A stretch of 64,000 nucleotides of DNA. Origin: Paramoeba atlantica (Eukaryota; Protista; Discosea). The translations under genes were made by a program, and so were the position numbers. Shown here piece after piece: positions 1 to 9,710 of the stretch (position 1 is the stretch's first letter; every line of letters starts with the position of its first letter). The stretch is from the NCBI GenBank assembly GCA_977017575.1, contig CDRNVI010000034.1, positions 198,367-262,366 on the forward strand, written 5' to 3'. Below the pieces are notes generated by a model. That model saw only the letters and a list, made by a program, of their open reading frames with translations, was not told where the DNA came from and searched no databases.

Positions 1-351
1 TCAGCTTTTAGCCACGTCGCAGCACATACATTTTTAAGATCACGTAGACACTTATAACTACGTTTTGCCTCTCATACATTTATATTCGCCCAAACATCAG
101 GCCTTTGATGGCAAGACAATGGCCGAAACTCTAACCAGCTATCTTCAAATTGCGGTGGTTGTACAACTACCGCTCTGCCCTCGATTATTAAAAAAAGTGA
201 ACAAAATAGTGAAAATGTAAGAATAACACAGTAATAAATATAATAGCAAAAAATAGGCTCCGGTGGTCCAAAACTGGAAAAAAAATTCAAAAAAATCGGG
301 GGTCCAGGGGGGGGGGGATGGAGGAGTCCAGGGGGGCATGAAGGGGACATA

Positions 352-480
352 CATTGGTTTCACGATATCTTCCCCACCCGCGGAATTTTGAGTTTTTTTA
401 TCCGTTTTTTCTCATTTTTGCAGCATTGGATAGATCTCGTTTCCCTGGTGAAGAGCTTTGCCGCACTTTATTTATAGGGA
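352..480. mobile_element. Degenerate left end of a Tc1/mariner-type MITE
   Basis: TA followed by CATTGG, then TTTTTATCCG...CTCATTTTTGCAGCATT..AGATCTCGTTTCC, which closely resembles the TIR of the 52696-53275 element; no matching right end recognised. Confidence 0.45.
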
Positions 481-999
481 CCCCCTGGTACCCCCCTGGG
501 TCCAAAACACATGGTTTTTTGAGTCATTTTTCTGCATTTTGTTTTGTTCTTTTATGCTTTGTCAAAATATTTTCTCTCGCATTTAATGCGCCATAATGGC
601 ATTATGGCTTGTTTTCATTGTGTTTGATAGATCTGGTTCCCCTAGAAAGGCCTTTGCTATTTTCTCTTCCTAGTGATCCCCTAGTGCTCTCGTGAGATAA
701 AAAGCATGATTACAACCACGAATCCCTTAGAGATCATAAAAGCAAGCTACCATTCTGTGACGTTTTTTGCGTCAGGTGCACCTCCTAACCTAAATTACTT
801 ATGGAGGGGGGAGTATAAGTCGGGCGGTACACCATGGCACATTATTTTTCTTTCCAAATTGTAGTCCCTCAAAATAAATAAATTCCGACCTCCAATTGGA
901 TTTCTTCCAAAGGCCCCAATTGGAGTCCCAACTATGTGCGTATCATTTCTTTACAATTGCATACATTGCTCGCATCGTTTGTCAGCAAAGCTAGCATAT

Positions 1000-1932
1000 T
1001 TACGACTCGAAGAGTCCAAGAGATGAAGTATTTTGAATTATGGATGAAAACAAGTTGTCACCGTGTTTTATGTAAGCTATTGGAACAACAATCTTCGAAA
1101 GGTCCAGAACCCCAGAAAGCCTATTGCTGTTAAGGGTGAGTCGTTTCAGATTAGGAGGAAGGGCACTGAGATCGACCGGACCTTCAAAATCGTTTTCATG
1201 AAAGTAAAGTGCCTCAAGTTGTAAGGGAAGATATCGAAGTTCTAATGACCCCGAAAATCGATTCACAGAAAGACCCAAGTACTTTAATCGCGAGGGTAGT
1301 TCCGTGAGCGTAACGGGACCAGAAAAAGCGCAAAGTCCAACCCCTAAATGTTGAAGCACGACAGGTAGTTTGTCCAAATCAACGGAACCCTCAAAGTGAT
1401 TACTGGTCAAAGAAAGATACTCAAGCGAAGAAGGCAAAAACGTAAAATCTACACCACCCCCAAACTGATTGTAACCCAGGCTCACGTAGGTGCAGCCAGC
1501 AGGAAATGAAGAAAAATCAACAGGTCCAGATAACTCATTTTTACTTTCGTGGAGACTCCCAACGTTTATGCGTTCAATCGTCTGTGGAAGCCACTTCCAT
1601 ATCAGACTTCCCAAAAGACCTGAATGGCGTCTTTCCCAATTTAATGCGCTCACCTTTTTTGCTGAGTTACATTCCACACCGTGCCAGTCACAGGCGTTGA
1701 TCTCCGGTTTCCAAGTGGAATGTGGGTTGCTTAAATTAGCTATTAATTCAAACAGTTGAGTCTCCTGCGGTATGAGAATTCGTCGTACTTTATAAGCACG
1801 CGAAAAAGTAATCTTATTCTGAGGCGAAAATTCTTGCGTGTTCGCCTCTCTTTGTTTTCTTTTCTGAACTGAATTTTCTGGATCGACCGACGTAGCTCCA
1901 GAAAACAGGTAAAAGTGCTCACACGAAAGCAT
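1000..1932 (-). CDS. Leucine-rich repeat protein (plant-type LRR with N-cap W..C.W.GV.C)
   Basis: NACDWHGVEC cap followed by ~8 repeats of LP..L..L.L..N.FSG.VDL; first ATG at 1932 (ORF track start at 1947 is TTG). Confidence 0.85.
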   Translation of the reverse strand: MLSCEHFYLFSGATSVDPENSVQKRKQREANTQEFSPQNKITFSRAYKVRRILIPQETQLFELIANLSNPHSTWKPEINACDWHGVECNSAKKVSALNWERRHSGLLGSLIWKWLPQTIERINVGSLHESKNELSGPVDFSSFPAGCTYVSLGYNQFGGGVDFTFLPSSLEYLSLTSNHFEGSVDLDKLPVVLQHLGVGLCAFSGPVTLTELPSRLKYLGLSVNRFSGSLELRYLPLQLEALYFHENDFEGPVDLSALPPNLKRLTLNSNRLSGVLDLSKIVVPIAYIKHGDNLFSSIIQNTSSLGLFES

Positions 1933-2341
1933 GTAAAAACGTAGCAAAGAAAATTAGATATAGACCGCTGTACATGAATGAGTTACCCATATTTCTTATG
2001 GCAGGAGTAGTGCCATACTCCATGTATGGTGTGCTATATTTAACCCCCTATTTCTCCCAATAATCCCCTTATTTAGTGTTAGATTTTGCCGAATTTCACA
2101 CAACGCTAAGTAGGGGGGGCAGTAATTTTGCCAGATTCTAAATTCCAAAAAATACATGTAGGACTTTTCCCTGCACGATCAGGAATTCGATTAACCTGTT
2201 CCACAAGTGCGTACCCAGGAGCCCCAATCGAGAGTTCTGGAATGCACTATTGAAAAACGGATAACCCCAAATACAAACATTCCAGTAATTCAGTGATTGT
2301 CTCATCAAAACACTGATCCCGAAAAAAAGGAATGCTTATGC

Positions 2342-2614
2342 TTACGTGATAGGATAAATTTTCCTCACTTGTGGATTGAGCGGGTCGACATATATACTTT
2401 TCAGCGACCTTTTTCCTGTTTGACTATTGGTTCGAGAAGACTCTTTGGCTTGAGAATCCTTGTACGCTTCGTAGGTAAAGTAAAGTAAGGGGGGTAGACA
2501 TAAAAACGGAACTGCTATCATAAGACGCATATACAATAGCATTGCTTTGTATTTTCGCGTAGTATATGGATTGTGCTTGCGCCTAGGTGATGATTTTCCA
2601 GTGACTCCTTCCAT
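2342..2614 (-). CDS. Small single-pass membrane protein, unknown function
   Basis: 90 aa from ATG at 2614; one hydrophobic segment (LLYMRLMIAVPFLCLPPLLYFTY); same strand as neighbouring genes. Confidence 0.55.
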   Translation of the reverse strand: MEGVTGKSSPRRKHNPYTTRKYKAMLLYMRLMIAVPFLCLPPLLYFTYEAYKDSQAKESSRTNSQTGKRSLKSIYVDPLNPQVRKIYPIT

Positions 2615-3118
2615 GGAGATAAGAAGCTTCAAGGATACCTAGGATCAGCACACGCACGCATGTGTGCATACTTACATAAGAAATAATGCGATACCCGAAT
2701 TAAAAATTAAATAAGATTTTGCACAATGAGGACGTCACAATTCTCATAAATAAATGTGATCCTCATATTTTCTTGACACAAAGGGTACGCGAACAGATGG
2801 ATGTATCGCTCTAAAGAAATTGCTTCCATACAATATACACAATAGGGGTACATTAACAAGTTCGGTTCGATCATGTTCTAAAAAAATGCAAAGCTTAACT
2901 ACATGTAAAAATAATCAGGGAATTTTTTCACTCCTTTTTAGGAACTAATTTACAAAAGAAATTTGTTACCAAAAAATAAATTCATTCGAACACATTTTCA
3001 TTCGAAATTTCATCGCCTCTTACCTGTGTATACCATCCTTGATTCATCATTTAACATGCATCATTTAACAGCGCATTAGATTACAACACCTCTGTTTGCC
3101 ACCATCGCATACCACCAC

Positions 3119-3808
3119 TCATTCCATACCCAAATAAACCGAAAACTCATGAAAATCGCGATCAAACTCCGCTTCGATCTCCGCAAACGTGTACGCCGGT
3201 CCCTCATCCGCCGCGGGATCATCCGTCCAATCCGGGTGCATCACCAACCACGGCCGGTTATGCACATAAAAATGCTGATGACACATGGGGCAAATATTCT
3301 TCGCGTACCCTTTAAACATCAACCCATAGGCCCCATCCGGCACATGGGGGGCACAGTCCCCTTGACATAACGCCACCTGGGCGTCCCCGGGGTTTCCCGT
3401 GCCCTCCAGCCGCAGCGGTCGGTCCTCACTCCCGATCGGGGGCTCATAGAGGTGGTTCACAGTAAGATAGGGCCTCTCGTTGTACTCCTCCTTGTCGTGC
3501 TCGACCAGCATTACCGTCTCGTCGGCCTGGAATTTATGGTGGAACTTTCGCGGCTCCTGCCACTCCACGCGGGCCCGTCCCCGGACGACGTCGTCGAACA
3601 GCGGGAGACTCTGGTCTACGATTTTAGAGAAGACACTTCCCTTGAATGCATCGGCGAGACTCTTGTTGTTGTCAGAGAAACGCCACGGCATCATGGGGTT
3701 CTGGGAACGGTCCTCGTTGGGGACGGGGGGGATGGCGCTGCCGGAGAGGCAAAAAGGGGTAGAAGAGAGGAGTGAACGGGAGAGGCGGGAGGGGGTAGAG
3801 CAGAGCAT
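3119..3808 (-). CDS. COX5B: Cytochrome c oxidase subunit, COX5B/yeast Cox4 family (zinc-binding), mitochondrial precursor
   Basis: GSEDRPLRL...ALCQGDC...ICPMCHQHFYV matches the COX5B Zn-site pattern; MLCSTPSRLSRSLLSS presequence at ATG 3808; upstream in-frame extension is a polypyrimidine tract. Confidence 0.75.
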   Translation of the reverse strand: MLCSTPSRLSRSLLSSTPFCLSGSAIPPVPNEDRSQNPMMPWRFSDNNKSLADAFKGSVFSKIVDQSLPLFDDVVRGRARVEWQEPRKFHHKFQADETVMLVEHDKEEYNERPYLTVNHLYEPPIGSEDRPLRLEGTGNPGDAQVALCQGDCAPHVPDGAYGLMFKGYAKNICPMCHQHFYVHNRPWLVMHPDWTDDPAADEGPAYTFAEIEAEFDRDFHEFSVYLGME

Positions 3809-4077
3809 GGGAGAGGGCGAAGGGAGAGCGGGTGTCGGAGGTCGGGGACTAAGGTGAGAAGGGGAAGAAAAGAAAAAAAAGAAGGATGTGAATGCAAAAG
3901 AAAAGGTTGTTGATAAGGGAAGAAAAACGATACGAGATTTTTTACAAGAAAAGCGGGTCAAAGTGAAGCATTATTGCGCCTTTTTTGGAAAAAAAATAAG
4001 ATATTTTTTTAGGTTTATGGGCCGCTAGTACTTATTTCTTTTGATTTCGCTTCTAAAAAGCTGAGTCTTCACATTAA

Positions 4078-4374
4078 TTAGAGATCTTTGCACAGCTGTT
4101 TTAAAAGATTTCCCCCGCTATTTCCGATCTTCTGATCATTGACGACTTCTCCGCTAAACTTTGGTCGATCTTTTCCTTCTTCATCAAAGCACCCAAGGGT
4201 CCCATTCCCACGGGATCGTACTGCCTGCTTGAGCATCTCATTCATGCGTTCAACAGTGTTGGTGTGCACCAAAGGTCGTCGATGATTAACTGTCTCATGC
4301 CGCAAGTCGTTTCCCAGCGAGCGACTCGATCGCCAGCAATATGTGCGCGTTACGGTTCGGCTTCCAGCAGACAA
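4078..4374 (-). mobile_element. Merlin/IS1595 (ISXO2-like) transposase fragment, degenerate
   Basis: TYCWRSSRSLGN.LRHETVNH...VHTNTVERMNEMLK resembles the Merlin SDCWRAY..L...H.TVNH...HTNTIE..W..LK signature, with the catalytic Asp replaced. Confidence 0.7.
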
Positions 4375-4669
4375 CTTAATTAATTGTGTTGTTGTGCGCA
4401 GTTCATAGTGATAAACCGTGAAAAAAGTTTGTATTTTTAATAATCTGACACTCTAAAAGAAAACATATTTGTTTCAAACCAATATTTGAAAAATGTAAAA
4501 AACTGTTTTTTTGGCGCAATAATGCTTCACTTTCACCGAAAAGCAACCATGTAGTCCATGTGTTCCCTTTGTCAACACTCATCCATCTACATCGGATTAC
4601 ACACAAAATGAATGATCCTTACCCCCCTCCCCCCTTCCCCCAAAATCTTCCTCCCCCCTTCCTCCCCCC

Positions 4670-5806
4670 CTATCCTCCCCCCCCTCCCTCCCCTGCCAAC
4701 CTCACCTTCCCCTCCCACCTCTTCCTCTCCCCCTCCCCCCACCCCTCCACCCTCCTCACCACCTCCCCCTCCCCCAACGTCCCCATGTAACTCTGCCCCA
4801 CGACGTACCGCCCCACCCACTTTCGGTGCCGCACCCCCCCGAGCCCCTCACACACCTCCCCGACCCCCTCCGTCCACCCCCTCCCCCGCGGCTGTGCCCC
4901 GGCGGGTCGGCTGGTGACATTGTTCACCAGCACCAGCAGCCCGTAGCGGGGGAGCGCCGCGAGGGCGTGGCACAGCACACGGAGCCGCGCGGGGGGGGTG
5001 GGGACCGCGGAGAGCACCAGGGAGAGCACCACCACGGGGAAGCGGCCAAAGTAGGGGGAGGCCTCCGCGGGGATGGACCAGTCCACGGTGTGGACCGGGG
5101 CGTCGGGGTAGGGGGCGCGGTCGAGGGCGGTGAGGGTGAGGGAGAGGGTGGGGGTGCGGGGGTGGGTGGCGAGGGGGTTGTAGCAGGAGCCGATGTCGAG
5201 CAGGGGGAGGGGGGAGGGGGTGGGGTAGAGGGGGGAGAGGAGGGCGAAGAGGGTGGGGGAGGGGGTGGGATCGCGGGGGGGGAGAGGGAGGGGGACGGGA
5301 GGGGGGAAGGACCGCATTATGGTGGAATAGAGTTTGAAGTCGGTGTTGTTGAGGGGGGAGAGATTTGAGTTCTGCTCAGGGTTTAGGTGATATGTGGATT
5401 CTGTGGGTTGAAGGGATGAATCTGGCGTATCGTTTGCAGAGGGCTCAGAGAGTGTGGGTTGATAGGGAGACTCTGTGTTGCGTGAAAAAAGAATTTTCTT
5501 GGCGAATTTTCGCATTACTTGTAGCCTACCGTTAGCATAAAAAAAGTTTTCTACGGCATCCAGAATCCACTCATTACGATCTTCCTTTCGTTCCGAAGAT
5601 TCCCAAAAATCATTGGCCAGGTGAAACATCGCGGAGGAATAGGATGAGTCACATTTATCGTCATGCTCCCCTCTTGCTTGAGCACGTCGATGACTTGATT
5701 TTATAATATCAGAAAGCTCGTTTTGTTTTCGTAAACGCTCCTTACGTGCTTCGTAATATGCACGGTTCATTAAAAATAAAGAAAATAAGGTGTGCGCATT
5801 AGACAT
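4670..5806 (-). CDS. SAMTOR/BMT2-family SAM-binding protein
   Basis: YSSAMFHLANDFW...RNEWI, LLDIGSCYNPL and FPVVVLSLVLSAVPTPPARLRVLCHALAALPRYGLLVLV parallel SAMTOR motifs (LLDVGSCFNPF; VVFSLLLSYFP...QR...AHELL...GLLLII). Confidence 0.75.
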   Translation of the reverse strand: MSNAHTLFSLFLMNRAYYEARKERLRKQNELSDIIKSSHRRAQARGEHDDKCDSSYSSAMFHLANDFWESSERKEDRNEWILDAVENFFYANGRLQVMRKFAKKILFSRNTESPYQPTLSEPSANDTPDSSLQPTESTYHLNPEQNSNLSPLNNTDFKLYSTIMRSFPPPVPLPLPPRDPTPSPTLFALLSPLYPTPSPLPLLDIGSCYNPLATHPRTPTLSLTLTALDRAPYPDAPVHTVDWSIPAEASPYFGRFPVVVLSLVLSAVPTPPARLRVLCHALAALPRYGLLVLVNNVTSRPAGAQPRGRGWTEGVGEVCEGLGGVRHRKWVGRYVVGQSYMGTLGEGEVVRRVEGWGEGERKRWEGKVRLAGEGGGGG

Positions 5807-6059
5807 AAATTCATTGGCTTCAACTTGCTTGGATGAATTCGCATGGGCTCTAGTAGGTACATGTATAACATACAGTGCGCCCAGATAGTAAAGTTTTTTT
5901 GGTAGTTACCACCGATTTTGGGTAACTAGCATCTCCCTCTATAGAACTAGCATCTCCCTCAATAGATGAGCATGAGTAGAATAACTCGGAACACGATTTG
6001 CTACTAAGAAACAAATTCTTATGAAGAATGGTCATGAAGAATTAACAAACAACTTTATA

Positions 6060-6370
6060 CCCCCCCTGCTTATTGAGAAAAAGGAACTCGTAAGCGTACC
6101 AGACCAGAATTCGAGCCATAGAAACGCGAAAATTCGGGCCTGCCGCACTTCGCGCCGCGGGTTCTCCTTGACAATGCTATTGACGCTTAAAAGATTATCC
6201 GCTCAGTGAGCAAGTCCGTAGAGCAGCCCGACGTACAGTTGGTGGGATTTTAATGAATTTTTGTTCACTGCAAAAAGATCGCTTCGCGAAAAGTGCGTAC
6301 AAAAACATTCGCCTTAGAAAAAGGAACTCATAAGCGTACCAGAATTCGGGGAACTCATAAGCAGGGGGGG
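6060..6370. mobile_element. 311-bp MITE with TA TSD
   Basis: TA|CCCCCCCTGCTTAT ... ATAAGCAGGGGGGG|TA; internal repeat of GAAAAAGGAACTC(G/A)TAAGCGTACCAGA. Confidence 0.75.
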
Positions 6371-6414
6371 TATAGTATCTACAACAAATTACCCACCTCG
6401 GAAAGAGAAATCCA

Positions 6415-7170
6415 TCAAGCTTCCTGCTTGTTTGTAGGACTACATACCATTACGTGCGTTGTACCAAAGTGATATTGCTCGGCGAGTATGTCAGCCGAGA
6501 GCCCACTGAGTCGCACCAGACGCCCTATCTCCCGATTCCACCAGCATCCCCAACGAAGTGCATGACCGGGGGCAAATTTCTGCAGGTACTCGTTCAACCA
6601 GGAGCGATTCCCTTTGCCGTGTTCTAAAAGGAGGAGAGCGCCTCCTGGTTTACATACTCGATTCATTTCTGTCAGTGCTTGGAGTGGGTGGGCGTAACTA
6701 CACAACCCAAATACGTCAATGACGGTGTCGAACTGGTTATCCGCAAACGGTAGTTTTTCCGCATCCGCGCATTGAAACTCATAAGGGATTTCTTTGTGGA
6801 CAGGAGGGGCAAGTTGGTTATAGTTGGCCTCCATCACAGCAACCATCTCGGGGGATTGATCACACATGACAACCGACGTTACATTTTCAGGGAAAAGGCC
6901 AATGTTACGACCAGTGCCCGCCCCTACCTCCAACACTTGACCCTTGGCGTACTGTCGCAGGAGTGATCTCCGTCGACGAGAAATCCCCAACCAAATTTCC
7001 TGAAACTTTGTTTTGCTATCGTAGATGGTGGCAAGACGACTGAACTGGTGCATTCGCTGAGCGTCCGACACGGAGAACGTCTGTGGGGTAGCGCTACGAA
7101 TGGCCACGTAGTAAGTGGTGCCCGCAAAGATGGTCCCGGCCATACATGTGGCACCAAAAATCCCGAGCAT
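6415..7170 (-). CDS. Class I SAM-dependent methyltransferase (Methyltransf_11, OMS1-like), probably mitochondrial
   Basis: VLEVGAGTGRN motif I, DAEKLPFADNQFDTVIDVFGLCS, LLLLEHG, GCWWNR; N-terminal hydrophobic anchor. Confidence 0.85.
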   Translation of the reverse strand: MLGIFGATCMAGTIFAGTTYYVAIRSATPQTFSVSDAQRMHQFSRLATIYDSKTKFQEIWLGISRRRRSLLRQYAKGQVLEVGAGTGRNIGLFPENVTSVVMCDQSPEMVAVMEANYNQLAPPVHKEIPYEFQCADAEKLPFADNQFDTVIDVFGLCSYAHPLQALTEMNRVCKPGGALLLLEHGKGNRSWLNEYLQKFAPGHALRWGCWWNREIGRLVRLSGLSADILAEQYHFGTTHVMVCSPTNKQEA

Positions 7171-7908
7171 GAGAAGAAACGAGCCAGAATGCCTTCGTTG
7201 GTTGGTTCCAGCGGGCTAGATAAAATCACGTGGGAATGAGCGATCCAAAATAGAGCTCGATAAAGTCAAAATGGATCGTTATACCGTCAAAGTTATTAGC
7301 GGAATAAAAATCATTGGAATAAAAACTACCGGAATAAGTGACGGAGTAAGTAACGGAGTAATTTAATTTTGTCGGATTGTTTCGCCAAATTCGTTGATCT
7401 TTCCGAAAATTGTCCAAAAAGTTTGTCAAAATTTTGATCTTCCCCAAAATTGATGGATCGATTAAGACGTATGCGGAGAAATTTTCTGAGAACTCAGAAA
7501 TATTTCTGAGAAATCAGATAAATGTGCTGAAAAAATTCAGCAAAACGAATCACGCTATTGATATGGATTTGCGAAAATATCTTAGATCCGGTGGGAAATA
7601 TCATATCCAGTGCACCAACTTATCGTGCCCAATGTACCAATTGAATAAGCAAAGAGTACGAGATGTACGATAATTTAAGTTACTTGAGAGTGCATTTAAA
7701 ATGTTGTGTCAGGGAATTGCTACACTGTACCCGTGATCTTGACTATGAAAACTATACCAATACTGTTCTTTTGAGATCGCATGCGAATGCCACAAGGGAC
7801 GCATCGTACCGAACTTCAAGATAAAGCATATTAACCACGTAATCGCGCTATTATTTAAAGAATCTGAAAGAAAAGCTGGCATGGTTGACACTTTTTTGAC
7901 ACAACCTA

Positions 7909-8695
7909 CAGTCCAGCTCTTGGCTTCGCCCCCCAGGCTCCAGAGCGCACGGTAAGAGCTTTTGACCTAATTCCTTCGGCATTCAACAGATCTCGAAAAA
8001 CTAGAGCGTTTACCGCCGTAGTTTTGACCATACCGACCCCTATGCGCATCATAGCTAAAAAATACACGAAAAATTAGGTGTTTTTTTCATAAATTACAAA
8101 AAAAATCCAATTTTTCCAATTTTTCAGAGTTTTTTTTCTTTATAAATGGTTTCTCATTCGATGAATTTGCGGGATACTCCCGTTAAATCGACACAAGGAC
8201 AGTATGCCAACTCTCCCAAAAACAAAACACCCCCAGTCACTCATAAAATAGTGCGATGTACCCTCCCAGAGCGCCTTGAACTTGTCAGCCAATGTAAAAA
8301 GGGGCTTAGTGTTCATGCGTTGGCCAAAAATTTTGGCAGAGACAGAAAAACTATACGTGATATCTTGTCTAGATGGAAATTAAAAAAGAGATTGTATAAA
8401 TTCTGTTCCTAAACGCTTGCGCATTGTGCAGCGCGTTCAAGGAGACCATTGTGGGTACTAGTGCATAGGAATTTATACGCATTTCTTATTTTTTTACCCC
8501 CTTTCAAAAAACAAAATTGGGGGAAATTTCCCAACTTTCACTACGCCCACCTAGGACCCAGGGGGGGGGGTGATAGGCAAAGCAACGGTGGGGAGCGCAC
8601 TAGTTTTTCGAGATCTGTTGAATGCCGAAGGAATTAGATCAAAAGCTCTTACGGTACGCTCTGGAGCCTGGGGGGGGAAGCCAAGAGCTGGACTA
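7909..8695 (+). mobile_element. Internally deleted Tc1/mariner element (~95-bp TIRs) with HTH-only ORF 8146-8412
   Basis: TA|CAGTCCAGCTCTTGGC...AGATCTCGAAAAACTAG at left and its reverse complement at 8601-8695; ORF ERLELVSQCKKGLSVHALAKNFGRDRKTIRDIL is a Tc1-type N-terminal HTH. Confidence 0.8.
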
Positions 8696-8721
8696 TCAGT
8701 ATATCATGGTACTTCGACTAA

Positions 8722-9414
8722 CTATGCGTTCAATGCGAACAATAAAAACACGTAAAAAATGAGAAGACAAGTTGTTCTTATGTCCTTCCATTCCCGTCCA
8801 ATTGTTTCATCGGTTCTCACACAACGCGGGAGGACATGTTCGGGAAAAATCACAAGCTTAGGATTGGAGCACAAATCTAGTGAGGCCAACCGCCGTGAAA
8901 GGCTGGAGACGTCTAATACAGAACTAAAATCATTGTGCCTAAGATTTAACGCCCCCAAGCGAGGTGGGAGATCACTTAAAATCAGCCTCCCGCAAAAGCG
9001 ATTGTAACTCAAATCAAGATTACGTAGCGCGACGGGTAGATGCGTGAAATCCAATTCCCCAGTATGACGATTGTGTCCCAGAGCAAGACTCCACAGCCCT
9101 TGAGGGAACACGGATAGGTCAACCGTACCTCCTAACTCGTTACTACGAAGATCAATATAGGCGAGAGTATCAGGGAGAAACCGGTAGGACAAGTTTCCAC
9201 GCAGTCCCAATCCATGCCAGAACAATCGAACGACCCGGCCGTCTTCAGAACACATGACACTTCCCCATTTCTCGATAGGGGTGTTGGCGTTCCACGTGGG
9301 GTCGGTGCCTTTTGCATCCTGAAGAAATTGCGTGAGAATCACCTCATCTGGGTGTAGTTGTAGCCGCGACTTTCCCTTTTTGATGGATAAGACGCGTGAG
9401 ATGGGCGCATTCAT
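8722..9414 (-). CDS. Leucine-rich repeat protein with hydrophobic C-terminus
   Basis: WNANTPIEKWGSVMC cap, repeats LP..L..L.L..N.F.G.LDL; C-terminal CLLIFYVFLLFALNA. Confidence 0.85.
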   Translation of the reverse strand: MNAPISRVLSIKKGKSRLQLHPDEVILTQFLQDAKGTDPTWNANTPIEKWGSVMCSEDGRVVRLFWHGLGLRGNLSYRFLPDTLAYIDLRSNELGGTVDLSVFPQGLWSLALGHNRHTGELDFTHLPVALRNLDLSYNRFCGRLILSDLPPRLGALNLRHNDFSSVLDVSSLSRRLASLDLCSNPKLVIFPEHVLPRCVRTDETIGREWKDIRTTCLLIFYVFLLFALNA

Positions 9415-9710
9415 AAAATGTTAAAGATTTTTTTGAGTTGGACAACTATCGATTACGCTAGAAAAAAAAACGAACGAAACAAATACCACTCTTGTCCCCA
9501 AAAAGGACGGCAGTTCTTCATACTGACTTATTATTCATATTGGTAGAAAACATGCAACGAAACATACCCTCGTGAGACTAAACTCTACCCTTCAATAGAA
9601 CTATATTGAAAAAATAGGAGAGACTTAACAGGGCAAATTTTTCTGCTTCAGTCCTCCTTTCAGATCACTTTATAGGTCTGTGTCTCGCTTTGCAGGAGTT
9701 GTGGCTCACT

